From Bugula neritina (taxonomy: Eukaryota; Animalia; Bryozoa), in the NCBI GenBank assembly GCA_964035545.1, contig OZ037767.1, positions 8,318,581-8,382,580 on the forward strand: DNA of 64,000 nucleotides, read 5' to 3'. The notes beneath the pieces are model-generated. The model worked only from the letters and a program-made list of their open reading frames with translations. It was not told the origin of the DNA and did not search any database. Shown here piece by piece: positions 1-13,700 of the stretch; within the stretch, counting starts at the first letter, position 1; each line of letters begins with the position of its first letter. A program made the position numbers and the translations under genes.

Positions 1-201
1 GACCGAGGAGCACCACCAGCCAACTACTCTAACCCGGAGTCTCAACTTCACCCCTACCAGACGGACAGGAGCTGGAGTTACCTCGCAGCCAAGCTATTAA
101 CCCGCAACTGCACACTGACCCCGAGCTCACCCCAAGGCCATATCATATATATTATTCGGTGAGTTTACAATACTCAAAAATCAGTAAAACCCACCATAAC
201 A
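1..201 (+). repeat. 3' part of an LTR (family of solo LTR 47717-48349), cut by the window edge
   Basis: 50-165 aligns with 48197-48316 (acccctac..ggagctggagt..gagctcacc..attattcg.tgagtt); ends ...cataaca, like ...tataaca of the other copy. Confidence 0.6.
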
Positions 202-715
202 ATAGGCCTAGTGGAGTGACTGTAGATAACTCCAAAAATAAAAACAAGGAAAACTGTTATTCGTTTTGTTTAGCCAAAATGAAAATAAAGACAAGTTTGT
301 TTAGTTGCAATATTATTCATAATATTTTTTAAAGATAGAAAATTTTAATAAATGATTTTTTTTTGTCACTCCAACGTTTCTATTTGTTTAAGATTAATTG
401 CCGGATCACCTGTTTTGAAGTTTTTGTTTTTACGAAGAGTTTTGCTAAAAGTTTGTTAGTTTTGTGACTTTTTATTTCTGAGATATAGTTTCTTGTGTGT
501 GTTTAAATGAAAATATATTATAATAATTACTTTACTCTAATAATTAAAAGCTCGACAAGTGAATTGCACCAGATAAATAAGTATTAAAAGTTGAAACATA
601 ATTAAAGATAAGTGACTTTTCAATAGGATAGAATCTTCCGCTCTTATGACAACAAACATTTACTTATAAATAACCATACTATTATTTGTTTTCTCTTTGT
701 ACAAATACTTTATTA

Positions 716-1495
716 TGTTACCTACAATACTTTTCCTGTTTATCATATGAGAGTTATAAAATAGTGAGTGAATCGAATACAAGGAAGAATAAACTAGCAT
801 GAACGCAACTACTTAGTTAAACAGCACCACTTTGTAACAACGTGGGGCTCACACATCAGGGTCCTTATATACCTGTGAAGCTGTTGTAAGGTGCTAATGA
901 TCAGGTGTAGTAGTTTTGTGGTAGAATGCAGTTTAAGTAGAGAGCATAACTCCAGTATAGTAAAAACAAGATGTGGTAGTGATCTCAAGTAGATAAATCT
1001 TTATTGCAGAGTAAATAGCTAGGTAAAAAGGTAGTCTTGATGTGGCGAACTCTAGTAGTAGACTGATTCTACGCAGCATGCTCGCCTCCTTTTATACAAG
1101 AAAACGGTCTTTATTCTCATCCTGTCTAATTGTCAGAGCCCGACAATCGGCACCTTCTGACAATTGAACTCCAACATCGGTACTTTGGTCCGATGTCGAA
1201 GCTCGACAGTCGGTACTTGTGCCAAAAATCGGACAGGATCAAATTACATAATCGTGTTACATTAATGTTAAAAATAAAAATAAAATATGATGCATGAAAG
1301 ACAACTCTAATGTAATATATATATTTCCACTACACAGGTGATCATTAGCCAATCCAAATGCGTTGATCATACATCACTACAATAGGAGATAGCGTAGCGT
1401 GGTGCATCATAGTGAATACAACTAATTACTACGTAAATATAACAGAGTGTAGTATGGGAGTTGTGTCACTTCTGATGGAACCACAAATTTTTACA
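716..1495 (-). repeat. 3' LTR of the decayed gypsy element at 1496-7250, interrupted by a solo LTR
   Basis: Minus strand: purine tract GGAGGGGGAGA (1496-1506) directly before TGTAAAAA at 1495. The TAACA end at 716 is tentative. Confidence 0.55.
906..1334 (-). mobile_element. Solo LTR (429 bp)
   Basis: TGTAGT...ACTACA inverted termini; 4-bp TSD CAGG (902-905/1335-1338); TATAAA and AATAAA on the minus strand; short internal imperfect repeats 1140-1220. Confidence 0.85.
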
Positions 1496-4400
1496 TCTCC
1501 CCCTCCATTGGAAGGTACAGCTGCTGATAGTCTAAAATGTCTGCCAGACCAAAGACAAGACATGACAGCAAAGAGTCAAAACAGGTTTACAAAAAGCAAA
1601 GCAATAAATGTGTAACAGCCACCACCGTGGCACAAAGGCTCTAAATTGTATCATGCATAAAATGTTATTTTTAAATTTGTATACACTGTTATTATTAATT
1701 TTTGCCCATGAAACCTGCATAATATAATATTGGACATATAATTTTTAGAATAGACTTTCCCATAACCAAATAAACAGGAGTATAATACAATTTATAATAT
1801 GATACATGCAATGTACGCTACTCACACAACCACCAGTCAAGGCAGATCATCGGGTCTAAGACGATCTTGCTGTACAATTAAACAATATGCAAAGTAGCTG
1901 GTAGTCAGCCTACTATTAAAAAATTTTTGGAGTCGGGTCAATTTTGCGACTGTCCGGCGTTCTTTACATAGTCTAGCAAATCGCCGTTGTACTCTATCTA
2001 GATTGACATGTATCTTTTTGTCTATTGTGTCGGTCGAAGTGGTAGTAGCTTTGGACTTCTTTTTCCTCTTTTGATAAGGAGCTGAGGTGGTAGAGGACTG
2101 AGGAGGAAGGGAACGAACAAACTCCTATGTCGACCGACTGGGGCCTGTTACTAATACACAGAGAGGGCGCGTCTCTACTTGGCGGGACGAGGAATGACAG
2201 GGTCTGTAGGAGGGTTGGTATTGTCCGAATCACTCTCTACTGTAGGTCGGGTGTTGAGAAAGCCCTTTAGTAGTGTATCCTGCTGTGATGGTATCGATGT
2301 GCGGGGAAGAATGGGATCCTGAAACTCGGGATATGAGTCCTGATCCACTAATAATTGCCTGGATTATCAGCTTTGTGCGTCACGTGGTCTAGGTCATTTT
2401 TTGAATAAGGGCTTGTGGTAGTGCCAGAGCGTTACTAGTAGTGACTTGCATTGTACTGACATCAGTTGGTGGTGGCTGCTTGTCTGGCGGCGTGGTGAAA
2501 TGCAGGTTCGACAACAATTCCAGCCCCGTGTTACAGATTTCCTCCCATGGGGCAGGAAGAACATCTAGTAATGCCTGCATCTCGCGAGAACAGAAATCAT
2601 TCTTGCCTGCAATAGAGCACATAGATTCAACTGTAGTCAGTTATTGAATCACACAGTCTCTTGTAGGGGACTCCACCCAGTCAGTACAGCACTTCGAGTT
2701 GAGTAATCAGCAGCCTCCTGATTTCCATAAATCATGCGGGTGACTACTCAACTCCAAGTCCTCAGTGAAATCATCAGTCATCAGGAGTACCAGCTTTATC
2801 ATCATGATAAAGTGAAACCCTAGTCGGTTACTAGGCTGAATTCTATTTAAAACGAAGAATTTCGCTACTAGACTTGCCCTCCAAGACAGTCACAGTGTCG
2901 GTCATACTATCTATTTAGGGCTCGTAGCTGTCAACTGTCACAAGTGCATGCTGCCACTTCTACATTCACAATTGAAAAGGGCATTCATGCCGTGAGAGCG
3001 ATTACATAATACTCCCCTTCAACCGGTGATTTGGCTCTGCCCTAGCTGTCCCCTCAGCTGAAATAATTGAATATGTCAACTACGAAACACAACTCTCAAT
3101 TGCTGGTCTCCCAGACTACTTTTGCAATGACTGTCAATTTATGATATATTATACATGTTAACGAAATCGCAAAAGAAGTCTTAAAGATAAGATGGAAGAG
3201 CTCTAGTACGCTGGCTACGTTTCAACGCTACTGGTGCAACTGTTGTACCTGATGAGTCTACCACTACGATTGAGGTCTCAGGTGCGGGGGAGTGGGGTGT
3301 TCACCAGTAAAAGTGGGTCATCTACAGCTCTATTATCCTTACCAATTAGAAGAGTTTTCTATCTCATTGGAGACTGCAGGTGCGTCGGCCGGCACCACTG
3401 GTGGTGGGGCCGGTCAGTCGGCTCTTCAGCCATATCTTCCAGTCACTACACAATAACCTCCAACTCCCTGTTGGCCCTCGGCCTACCCCTCATAGGGAGA
3501 AAGTGCGTAAGTTTCAGGAGTAGAAAAGGCTGCCCTGCTGCATCAGGGCTTGCCCAATATAGCTTCGTTAGCAGATTAATGCTGACTGCTACCTGACAAT
3601 TTTTGCGGATTGTCCTCTGATTGGTTATATCATTCTGGCTATAACTTCAAAGCCCTCTTTGTATATTACTACTTAAATTGTAGAGAGTTACTAAAATTCA
3701 CTAATTAGAACTCAACAGTTCTTTTTATTGAATCTAAATTAACAACACCAGAAATTTAAAATTACATAACAATCTTTTAACAGCATAATATAGCACACTA
3801 ACATATTATTTAATAATATTCATTTGTTTAACAGTAAAAATATAACATTGAAAACTCACAGAAACTTTGACAAAATGACACATAAGTACACAAATGAAGG
3901 TTCAACAATACAAAAAAGTAAACATACCTTTGTGATTCATACAACAAGCTACTATCTTCAGTTTTTATCTTACTCATAAATACTATCAGAATCTCTTTTA
4001 ATCTGTAGCTAGTCAGTTAAGCTGCCAGATGTGAACTGATAACTTTACAAATTATAGCTTAGTACATAATAGCATCCGAAATATCTCTCCTCTCCATTCA
4101 TTAAGACAGACGCAGCCCAGGCATGCCAAATATATTCATAAAAGCTATAGATGGTATTAGCTATTAGGGTTGTCTGAATAAAAATTAATTGCAGCTTCAG
4201 TTTGGCCTCGTTCAGGATTGACATTTGATTTGAAAGCTCAACCTTATATGTGGGATTGGGAATCACTTCAGCCACGCAATAAAGACCCACAAAATTTGGT
4301 TTTAACTTTGCCGCCTATCCGTGCCGCGGGAGCGACTGATCATCTTAACTCAGTCTCTCTTCTTATGCAAAAGGGAGGGGAAGTCGTCGGAGTTTTCACT

Positions 4401-7250
4401 CCTCAACCGCAATTGTTGTTCAATTGAAATCTCGTGAGCCTTCCTCATGTGAGTAGTAAGCTCATCCATGTACTTGTGGACGCTGCTCACCAGACCAGGA
4501 ACATGGTAGGTTAAATGCTCAGGAACCCTTGCTTCTCTACCGAGCATGAGAAAGTGCGGTGTTTCCAGTGTGCTGGAGTGAGGGGTACTGCAGTATGATT
4601 TGCGGCAATACCAAATCCGACTCTTTCTGACTTCTACCCAGTAGCAGACTTCTTAGAGAGTTGCCTGGCATATGATTGTTTCGCTCAACAACTCCATTCC
4701 CTTGCAAATGGCATAAGGTAGTCCAGCTCTGGTTGACCCCCCACATCTCACAGAGATTGCTAATTAGTTGCGACTGAAACTGGGCACTCTGCCCAGTGTG
4801 TATTTGCTCTGGCAAGCCAAAATAGCAGAACACGTTTTGATCCAGGACCCCGACCACTATAGCAGCTGATGCATTCAGAACAGCCAGAGCATCAGCCCAC
4901 TGCATAAAGTGGTCAGTTGACACCAGTCTCCAGTTAGTACATCTTTCAGATCTGGGCATGTGGCCCACCAGATTTGCGGCAATTATTTGCCACGGACGAG
5001 TGGCATGAAGGCGACATTTCCAGCTTGGCATATCTCGCTTTTCTGCACCCAGAGTCAAACATCTCGGGCTAATACTACTGGAAGTGTAGGCACCTGGTCA
5101 CTCACTCAGCTCCAGCATGATCTTGCTTATGGGTGTCCCAGATCATCTTCCGGCGCAGGACAAATGAACAGATTACCCTTTCACGTTTCTGGTGATGTGT
5201 ACCGGATGCTAACTTTATTGTTAGCAGTTCATCACTTTTGAACTGGAAAGAGTCCCAATAGTCACAGAAGTATGCATACTTCCACTGTTAATGAAACTTT
5301 TTTGCCGTCAGCCAGTTTTAAGGCTGGGCAATTTCTGCAAAGTGCAGTATGTACTGCCTGTAGTACCCTATCAACCCAAAGAATGCCCGTATTTTGTAGA
5401 GGCCCAGATAAACGGCCCACTCTTTTACAGCTCATACCTTTTCACGTTCAATAGCTATCCCGTCCCAGCCAACTACATGCCCTAAGTGCCTGACCTCTGG
5501 TCGCAAGAATGCATCCTTAGAGGGCTTGAGCTTTAGACCAGCAGCTCGGAGTCTATTGAACACCCCTCTGAGTCGGCTGTTATGAGTGTCAAAGTTGGGG
5601 GAGATGATGCTGACATCGTTGATGCAAATGAGCAAGCTCTTCCAATGTAGCCCATTAAGGACCTGCTCAATGAGGTGCTGGAAGATGGCCATAGGAGATG
5701 TAAGTCCGAACGGCAGCACCTTCCCCTTCCAGAGCCCATCCCGCTCAACAATTCTACTGTACTGAAAAACCTGCTATCAGCTAAGGCATCCAGCAAATCA
5801 TTCATCCTCAGAAGAGTGTAAGGGTCCTGGGTAGTCACACTGTTCAGTTTGCTATAATCTACACAGAACCTTCTGCTTCCATCTTTTTTTAAACCAGGAT
5901 GACTGGAGACCTCGAAGCAAACATTTATCTTGAACCACTACATTTACTGCAAAAGAAAATACTGAGAATTATATATAAAAAGCATCACCTTTCCCCATCT
6001 AAACCACTGTTTCTTAGTTCTTCAATCATGCCTATTCACACTCTACACAAATTCAAACTAATACTGCTCTCACATAAACTTTACTATTCTCAACTAACAC
6101 ATCTCACACATAACTATCCCACAAGATTTTCAGAGTTCAGCCTACAAACTCCTCCATCATCAACTGCTGCAGGTCAACGAAGAGTGGAATTCCAATGTTC
6201 GACGCTATGAAATAAATTGCCTAGTTCTATTCGTGCTGTGGGGAGGGAGGCTGGTTTCAAACTTGCCCTGAGAGACCATCTAATGGCAAATTTCCAGATA
6301 AAAAAATAATACTTTTTAAGTTGCTAAAATTTCCAAAAACCTAAACAAAAATCTTATATAACTGTCAACCATTCATGGCTCGGTGCCTCGACTAGCTACA
6401 GTGCTATTGCGCCATAGGCCCTGTCATTTTGTTTATTTTTTTCTCAATTAATTTTTTCCCTACTATGACAAAATAAAAACAAACAAACAAACAAACAAAC
6501 TATGGGCTGGCTCAATCAGGTCCCGGTTCAGAAGGTTTTGCACCTGACAGCTCACTTCCTTTTCCTGCTCAAGACCCAATTGGCGGGTCGGCTAACAAAC
6601 TGGCCTCGTCCCCAACGCCAGCGGTATGTCATGACAGAAAGCCTTAGTCAAGTCTATGTCATGGTCACCGTGACTAAACACATTTTTGTACTCAGAGAGT
6701 CATTGCGCTACTACCGGGCATTCCCTGTTACTCTCACAGCCATTACAGGCACTCTCTTATAAATCTATCAAGTGTTCAGGCACCGGCCCTCTGCCATTTA
6801 AAGTGGGTACTCCACCCACCTCCTCTGCCATCTCCATGGCGGGTCTCACATCCTTCTCTTGCACGGAGTAAAACTTCCCCACTAACAAATCAGCCGGCAA
6901 CTACACCGGCTCAGTTAAAGGGTTCACACACTGTACCCGGAACTCTCCACGCTCATCCAGCCAACTCGGGCTGTTCGCGAGCTGGCCACCTTCAAGTGCC
7001 CTTCTAGCATTCCTAAGTCGCAGAGTTTTCTACAGTTCACTCTGCAGCGAACTGTAGTCTCGGAGCGCCTAGGAATGGTGTAGCGCCATACCACCTGCAC
7101 TCCCCCACCGAGGGCCTGCCAAACCTATTCACACAAGCAAGATCATGCTCGACCAACATCACCGCCGACTCGTTAAAGTCAATGTGGCACTTATGTTTTT
7201 TTTAAGAATAACATTCCTAAGATGGCATCTTCCTGCAGCTGACTGATGAT
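1496..7250 (-). pseudogene. Degenerate Ty3/gypsy internal region (PR/RT/IN fragments plus 3' region), related to the 39851 element; may be more than one copy
   Basis: Fragments RPWQIIAANLVG...GNGVVERNNH (4537-5058), LPFGLTSP...LHWKSLLICINDV (5432-5719), QDPYTLLRMNDLLDALADSRFFST; many stops and frameshifts; insertions at about 3600-4190 and 5911-6500. Confidence 0.85.
5911..6500 (+). mobile_element. 5'-truncated non-LTR retrotransposon (CR1/L2-group-like ORF2 C-terminus, 3' UTR, (AAAC)n tail)
   Basis: LEPLHLLQKKILRII...PLF motif typical of L2/Crack/Daphne ORF2 ends; (AAAC)6 tail 6477-6500; splits the gypsy RT motif IEPAH/SPVILV; no TSD seen. Confidence 0.75.
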
Positions 7251-7387
7251 TGTGCCAGAAATGACTTAGTGAGTTCGATAGCAACAAGCATGGAGCAACA
7301 ATCTGAATCTTAGATTTCGTTGTTCACTTTTTCTCTTGTACTCTGTCAAAATATCAAAAAATGGTTACATCCTGTCCAAAAATACAA

Positions 7388-8591
7388 ATTGGTGTCTTAG
7401 AATATAGTTACGATTGTAACTATATTTTCTGCAGGGGTAGAAAGTTGTGATAAAATGTCGTGACATATGAACTTTGAGCTGCCTTATAGTAGTAAAAACC
7501 TGCTGGCACAGTTTGCATGTAATATTCTCCTGATCCCCCTTGGCCTTAGAAATCTTCTAATCTGTGGTTTCTGCTGTCCAGCATAATTGTTTGAGGAGGA
7601 TAATAGGTAGCTGAGTTCTGGTACTATGTACTGGTGCCAGGGGCAAGAGAAGGTTGCCTCTCTGGCATAGGATCGTACTTCCAGATAATCTCGAGCGTTT
7701 ACGGAGCACCTGCGAGGTCATGTCGAGTGAGATCTAAAAGAATAGAATAGGGGTTAAATCTACATGGATCTTTACGCTGTAATTCATGTCAAACCCGAAT
7801 TTGAATAGTCTGAGAGTCACTGACTTTTTTATATGGCACTCGTGAGACAACTGACAACGATGTAGACAGACTGAAAGTCATGGATTCAAGTTTAATATCT
7901 TATAAATCATCTGTCAATACCATGCTTTTGTCGCCATTAACCGTTGTCAAAGTCCCCAGGAATTCGAACTCAACTAATATATTTGAGTCAGATTCAGCTG
8001 ACAGCAGACCTGTTTCCATATTAGTAGGAACACTAGATTTGAATGACTTACCTCTCAACTCAGTAATTGATAGCATATACTTGAACGTTTGGAGGTAAAA
8101 TTGTGTGTTTTATATGTTACACATTCAGCCTTGACCACGGTTGTGTAGGAAAAGGCTGGACAGCGTGGTAATTGCAAGAGACTTGGACGCTGTGCTGGCA
8201 GATCAATTTTATCTACTGCTCTGCCCTCGTACAAGTCACTCTTCCTTTGAGTGTACAACGCCCACGCTGCTCGCAGAAACTTCTTGCAGTAATTCCTGCA
8301 AGACTTGTTGATATGCCGCTTTGTCTACCAATACATACAAAGTTCTGTAAGTATGGCGGGGCTGCTGCAACTACTGACTTCTCCCTAGAAACAGCAGGGA
8401 CACTGCTCCCAGGTTTCTGGGAACCGCAGGAGAGTTCGTTTGGGCAGGAAAACTGACTCTAGCTCCTGTGCTGTTACTTAGATCAAGAATGTCCTCAAAA
8501 AGAGAGTCCCCCTCCTGGCCCGGATCAAGCTTAGGGGCTGGCAAGGCTGGGGCTGACTCTGGAGTTGGCGGCCTATCCTTTGGCGGAGAGG
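7388..8591 (-). pseudogene. Degenerate gypsy IN tail plus zinc-finger ORF3 homologue (continues at 16908-17614 beyond the DNA transposon)
   Basis: Minus-strand 7520-7388 translates as TCKLCQQVFTTIRQLKVHMSRHFITTFYPCRKYSYNRNYILRHQ; AFSYTTVVKA motif; ATGGAAACA start near 8018. Confidence 0.85.
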
Positions 8592-10762
8592 CACAGTTAG
8601 TTTAAGGTCATGTTTTTTCAGTTTCTGGCTCTTTGCCAGGTGCTTTAAGTTCTATATGAACAATGTTCCACTGATAGCTCGAACAGGTTAAATGTCACAG
8701 GAACAAAAACATATGAAAAGATAGAGAAACTTATGTTCTCCAATATACTTTTTCAATTTTTTCAAAAGCCAATTCATGTTTAAGTTATCGCTTGTTGAAA
8801 AACATAACCCCCCTTCTACCTTCTTTTTAATTTATACGCTCCTGACTTGTATTATATCTCAATATACTGTAGTTGAGTGCTTGTTAGTCACGCTTCATTA
8901 ACTTTGCTTATACTTCACAAGTGCCAGTGTTGCTGGCTCAAAAGCTAAATGTTATAAACTGTCAGCTAAAACCCAATCTTGTATTCCTAGGTCGGTTGGC
9001 CTAAATAAAACAGTTGTCAACTCATGACTTCATGTTTTAAGAATCTACTCTATTCCAACCTGCTGCCTAGCTAGTTCTATTTTCTTATCTTAATCCTTGA
9101 TGTAATTACAGAATTGGTGTGATACATTTTTTTTGGCAACCATTTGAGTTATTAAATGCAGTAATGGTACCTATAATATTATATTGTTATCATTATAATA
9201 TATTTTATAGTATTATGTGTTTTTATTATATTGCTTGGTTTAATATATATTTTGTTATTATTGTTGTGCAAACAAGCGCAATTAACCTAGTTTTCAAAAT
9301 GTACCTCTGAATTATCAAAATATTAGTTTAGATATTTTCATGGTTTGTTAGCTAAACTTGAAAAAGAGGCTTTATTCCCAAAGTAAAGGGTGTTGAACCA
9401 TAATGAACTATAATAGATTAGCCACTCTGCTACCAATTGCATCAGTATGATATATGGCTAGCTGTGATGCTTTTTCTCCGGTGGCTGGCTGGGATATGAT
9501 AACTTGGCCAACTTCCAAGAGTTTAAAATTGGTGTAATCATTCAAGAGGTTACATACTGCAGAGAGCTAGCCGTCATAATACTATTATTATTACAATTGC
9601 CAGCATATGAGCTGCATTTTAGAATGCCGTTGGGGTAGGCTACCAAAATCAAATTTTGCTCCATAATATACATTAAACACAATGCAACAGCATAATTTTT
9701 AGTTTCAAATTAGATTGCCACTTTTACATGAGTTGAGGGTTTCATAAAGATTCATATGATTAGAGAGTTATGCTATAGGCCCTACCTGTGCTAGTGTATA
9801 AAGAAAGTAACACACCATTGTCAAAGTTTACTTCAAGTATGTTGTTTTCCAAAAACTCAGTATTGTTCATCACTCTTTTGCATGCAAATACTTATGTAAT
9901 AGCATACAGTTTAAGTTTTATTTTGGAGCACATCTGCAAACTCTAAAATAATAGGCAAGAGCATGCTTTACCAGTCTATTTCAGACCTGTTATTGTAGCT
10001 AGTAATATGTAAGCTACTTATTTTCCAACTTTTGGGTTGTTTGTTTAAAACTATTAGCTTTGCTAGTAACCTGAGGCAATTGCAACAGTTTATGAAAACT
10101 GCTAGCCGCTGCTAGTCAACATGAATTGACAGCCTAATAATTATAAACCATTTGGGGCTCCAAATATTTATGTAATGATAGTTACTCGTATAGTGCACAT
10201 GTAACAGGCGATGGTTGTGTGGTCCAGAGGTTAAAGGCGCTAGTGCTAAATTGGTTAATCATGGTTCAACCTTTCTCTATAGCAATTTTTTGTCAACTTA
10301 TGCAAATTCTATGCATTTATAATAAATATGGCTATATAGCTGTAGAATTTCTTCAACTTTTGAAACATTATTCAACAGTAGGACAACATACATGCGTGCT
10401 AATTAAATACTAAACGCTGGGCTAAACCTTATATTGATTTTATGGAAGGCAATGTACTTAAAATAATCATATGTGAATTAGAGAAACTGAAAGTACACCA
10501 GCTGCACTATAGACAGACTTTTACTGACAAGACTGCAAAGTGAGGTGAGGTGATTTAGCTAAAATTAACTCTGCCAAACTAACGAAAAATTATGTTTTGC
10601 TGAGGAATTTTCAATAGATTGCAAAATAGTGAGAAGATGCAGCTAAGTGCTAATGTGAAATAGGGAGCATTATATTGGCAGAAATCCAATAGATTGCCAA
10701 TTTATGCGAGAGGGTACTTTGTTATTGTGATAGCGTGCAGAGCCACAAACGTACTCATCTCA

Positions 10763-13700
10763 TTAGCTGTCCTTCGTGTCCGAAGACGACTTTCGGTGAA
10801 TCATGGTCCTCCATTTACATCTGTCTTTGCTGAGAGATTGCCAGCTACCAATAGGGATCTTCAGGTCTTTTAGATTGCGTTTGACGGTATCTTTGAATCT
10901 CAGTCGCGGCCTGCCAACACCACGGGTGCCTTCTTTCAGTTGTGAATAGAGAATTTGTTTAGGTAATCTAGAGTTATCCATTCGATGCACATGACCAGCC
11001 CATCTCAGGTTTTTTTGAATGAGTAGTTTGTACATGCTGGGTAGATTTGCCTGTGCTAGAGTCTCCTCATTCAAGATGAAATCCCACCACTTCACGTTCA
11101 AGATCTGGCGTAGATGTCTCATCATATAGGTGTTGAATTTGTGAGCGGCTATCCTGTATACAGGCCAGGCCTCCGCTCCATAGAGCAGAGAGGACAGGAC
11201 AATGGCTCTGTACACTGTACACTTGGTCTTGAATGACAGATCCTTATTGTACCACACTTTGGTCTTTAGTCTGCCGAATGAGATTGAAGCATTGGACATC
11301 CTTGTATGAATCTCTTCATCCATCTTGTTGTTGCACATCACTGTAGACCCACACAGTTAGTTTAAGGTCATTACTTTCCAGATTAAGGCACTGCTTTATG
11401 TTATATATAAACGGTTTCCAGGGGATAGCTCGAACAGTTTTTGTCTCACATTAACAAATTTTACATGAAAAGATAGCTCTTGCATTCCTCTTTCATATAC
11501 TTTTTTAATTTTTCAATAAAAAATTTTCTGAGAAAGTTGTTGCATAATAAGTAAAATTTTACACCCTCCATGTTCCACTGCTGTAGCACAGGGGATTCAT
11601 TTTATAAAGTCTAAAAGTTAAACTTGACATTCCTTGATATGTTTTCTCTAATATACTTTCTTTGTTTTTTGAAATTCTGTTTATGCTCTTCACAATTTGG
11701 TAAAAACATACACCATTTTGCAAGTTTCACTGCAATTTTCTAAATTCTTCATATGGTGGTTCTAGCTACGCTCCTGTGACTAATTATAACATTCCTAGTA
11801 CGTTTGCCGCTCTGCGCTATCACAATAACATATAGTACCCTCTCGCACAAATTGGCAATCTATTGGATTTCTGCCAATATAATGTTCCCTGTTTTACATT
11901 AGCACTTAGCTGAATCATCTCACTATGTTACAATAATATATTGAAAATGCCTCAGCACAACATAATTCTTTGTTTGTTTGGCAGAGGTAATTTCAGCTAA
12001 ATCACTTCACTTTGCAGTCTTGTCAGTAAAGGTCTGTCTATAGCGCAGCAGGTGTACTTTCAGTTTCTCTAATTCACATATGATTATTTTAAGTACATTG
12101 TATTCTATAAGATCAATTTAAGGTTTAGTCCAGTGTTCAGTATCTAATTATTATGCATGTATGTTGTCTTACTGTTGAACAAAAGTTAAAAAAAAACTTT
12201 ACAATTATAGCCATATTTATTATACATGCGTAGGATTTGCATAAGTTGACAAAAAAATTGCAACAAAACAGGATTGAACCATGTCCAACCAACTCGTCAC
12301 TGACGCCTCTAACCTCTGGACCACACTGTCATCGTTAATGAGCCTCTCACTATATGAGTAACTATCATTACATAAATATTTCGCGCGCAAATGGGTTATA
12401 ATTATTAGGCTGTCAATTCATGTTGATAGCAGTCAACTGTTGCAATAGTCTCGGGTTACTAGCAAAGCTAATGGTTTTGAACAAATAACCCAAAAGTTTA
12501 AAAATAAGTAGCTTGTGTATTACTAGCTACAAAAACAGGTCTGAAATAGACTGGTAAAGCAAGCACTTATTGTAGAGTTTGCAGATGTGCTCTAAAATAA
12601 AACTTAAACTGTATGCTATTACATAAGTATTTGTATGCGAGAGATAAATGGACATTACTGAGTTTCTGGAAAACAACATACTTGAAGTTAACTTTGACAA
12701 TGGTGTGTTATTTTCATCATAGCTAGCCTATAGCATAAATCTCTAATCATATGAATCTTTATGAAGCCCACAGCTCATGTAAGGGTGGCAATGTAATTTG
12801 AAACGAACAATTATGTTGCTGCATTGTGTCTAAGGTATATTAGAGAGCAGAATTTGGTTTTACTAGCCTACCCCAACGGCATTCTACAATGCGGCTTATA
12901 TGCTGGCAGTTGTAATAAGTACTGCCAATAGCAAGGTTACTATCACTGCTAGCTCTGTGCAGTATGTAACCTCTTGAATGATTGCGCCAATTTTAAACTC
13001 TTGGAAGTTGGCCAAGTTATCATATCGCAGCCAGCCACCGGAGACAAAGCATTAGAGCTATTCATATAATATTATACTGATGCACTTGGTAGCAGAGTGG
13101 CTAATCTAATATAGTTCATAGTTCAACACCCTTTACTTTGGGAATACAGCCTCTTTTTTTAGGTTTACCTTACAAAGCATGAAAATATCTAAACTGATAT
13201 TCTGATAATTTAGAGGTACATTTTGAAAGCTAGGTTAATTGCACTTGTTTGCACAACAACAATAATAAAATAGATATTATGCAGTATAATAAAAACACAC
13301 ATAATACTATATAATATATTATAATGATAATAATATAATATTATAAGTACCATTACTGCATTTTATAAATCACATGGTTGCCAAAAAAATGTATCACAAA
13401 TTTTGTAATTATACATCAAAAATAGAACTAGCTAGGCAGCAGGTTAGAATAGAGTAAATTTTTAAAACATGAAATCATGATTTGACTATTGTTTTATTTA
13501 GGCCAACCAACCTAGGAATACAAGATTGGGTTTTAGCTGACAGTTTATAACATTTAGCTTTTGAGCCAGCAGCACTGGCACTTGTGAAGTATAGGCAAAG
13601 TTAGTGAAGCGAGACTAACAAGCACACAAATACAAGGCATATTGAGACACAATAACAAGTCAGGAGCGTATAAATTGAAAAGAATGTGGAAGGGGGACTA

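Noticed and set aside
1140-1220. Short spaced repeats resembling a CRISPR array (also 56782-56870)
   Set aside because: Only 2-3 degenerate units, inside or near TE sequence in eukaryotic DNA; no cas genes
7401-7426. Palindrome AATATAGTTAC-GATT-GTAACTATATT as a fold-back rearrangement junction
   Set aside because: The minus strand reads through it as KYSYNRNYILRHQ, colinear with ORF3; it is incidental coding sequence
8592-8620. CACAGTT terminus as an RSS-like heptamer of a Transib/RAG-like transposon
   Set aside because: TSDs are 2 bp (GG, CA), not 5 bp; no properly spaced nonamer and no RAG1-like ORF
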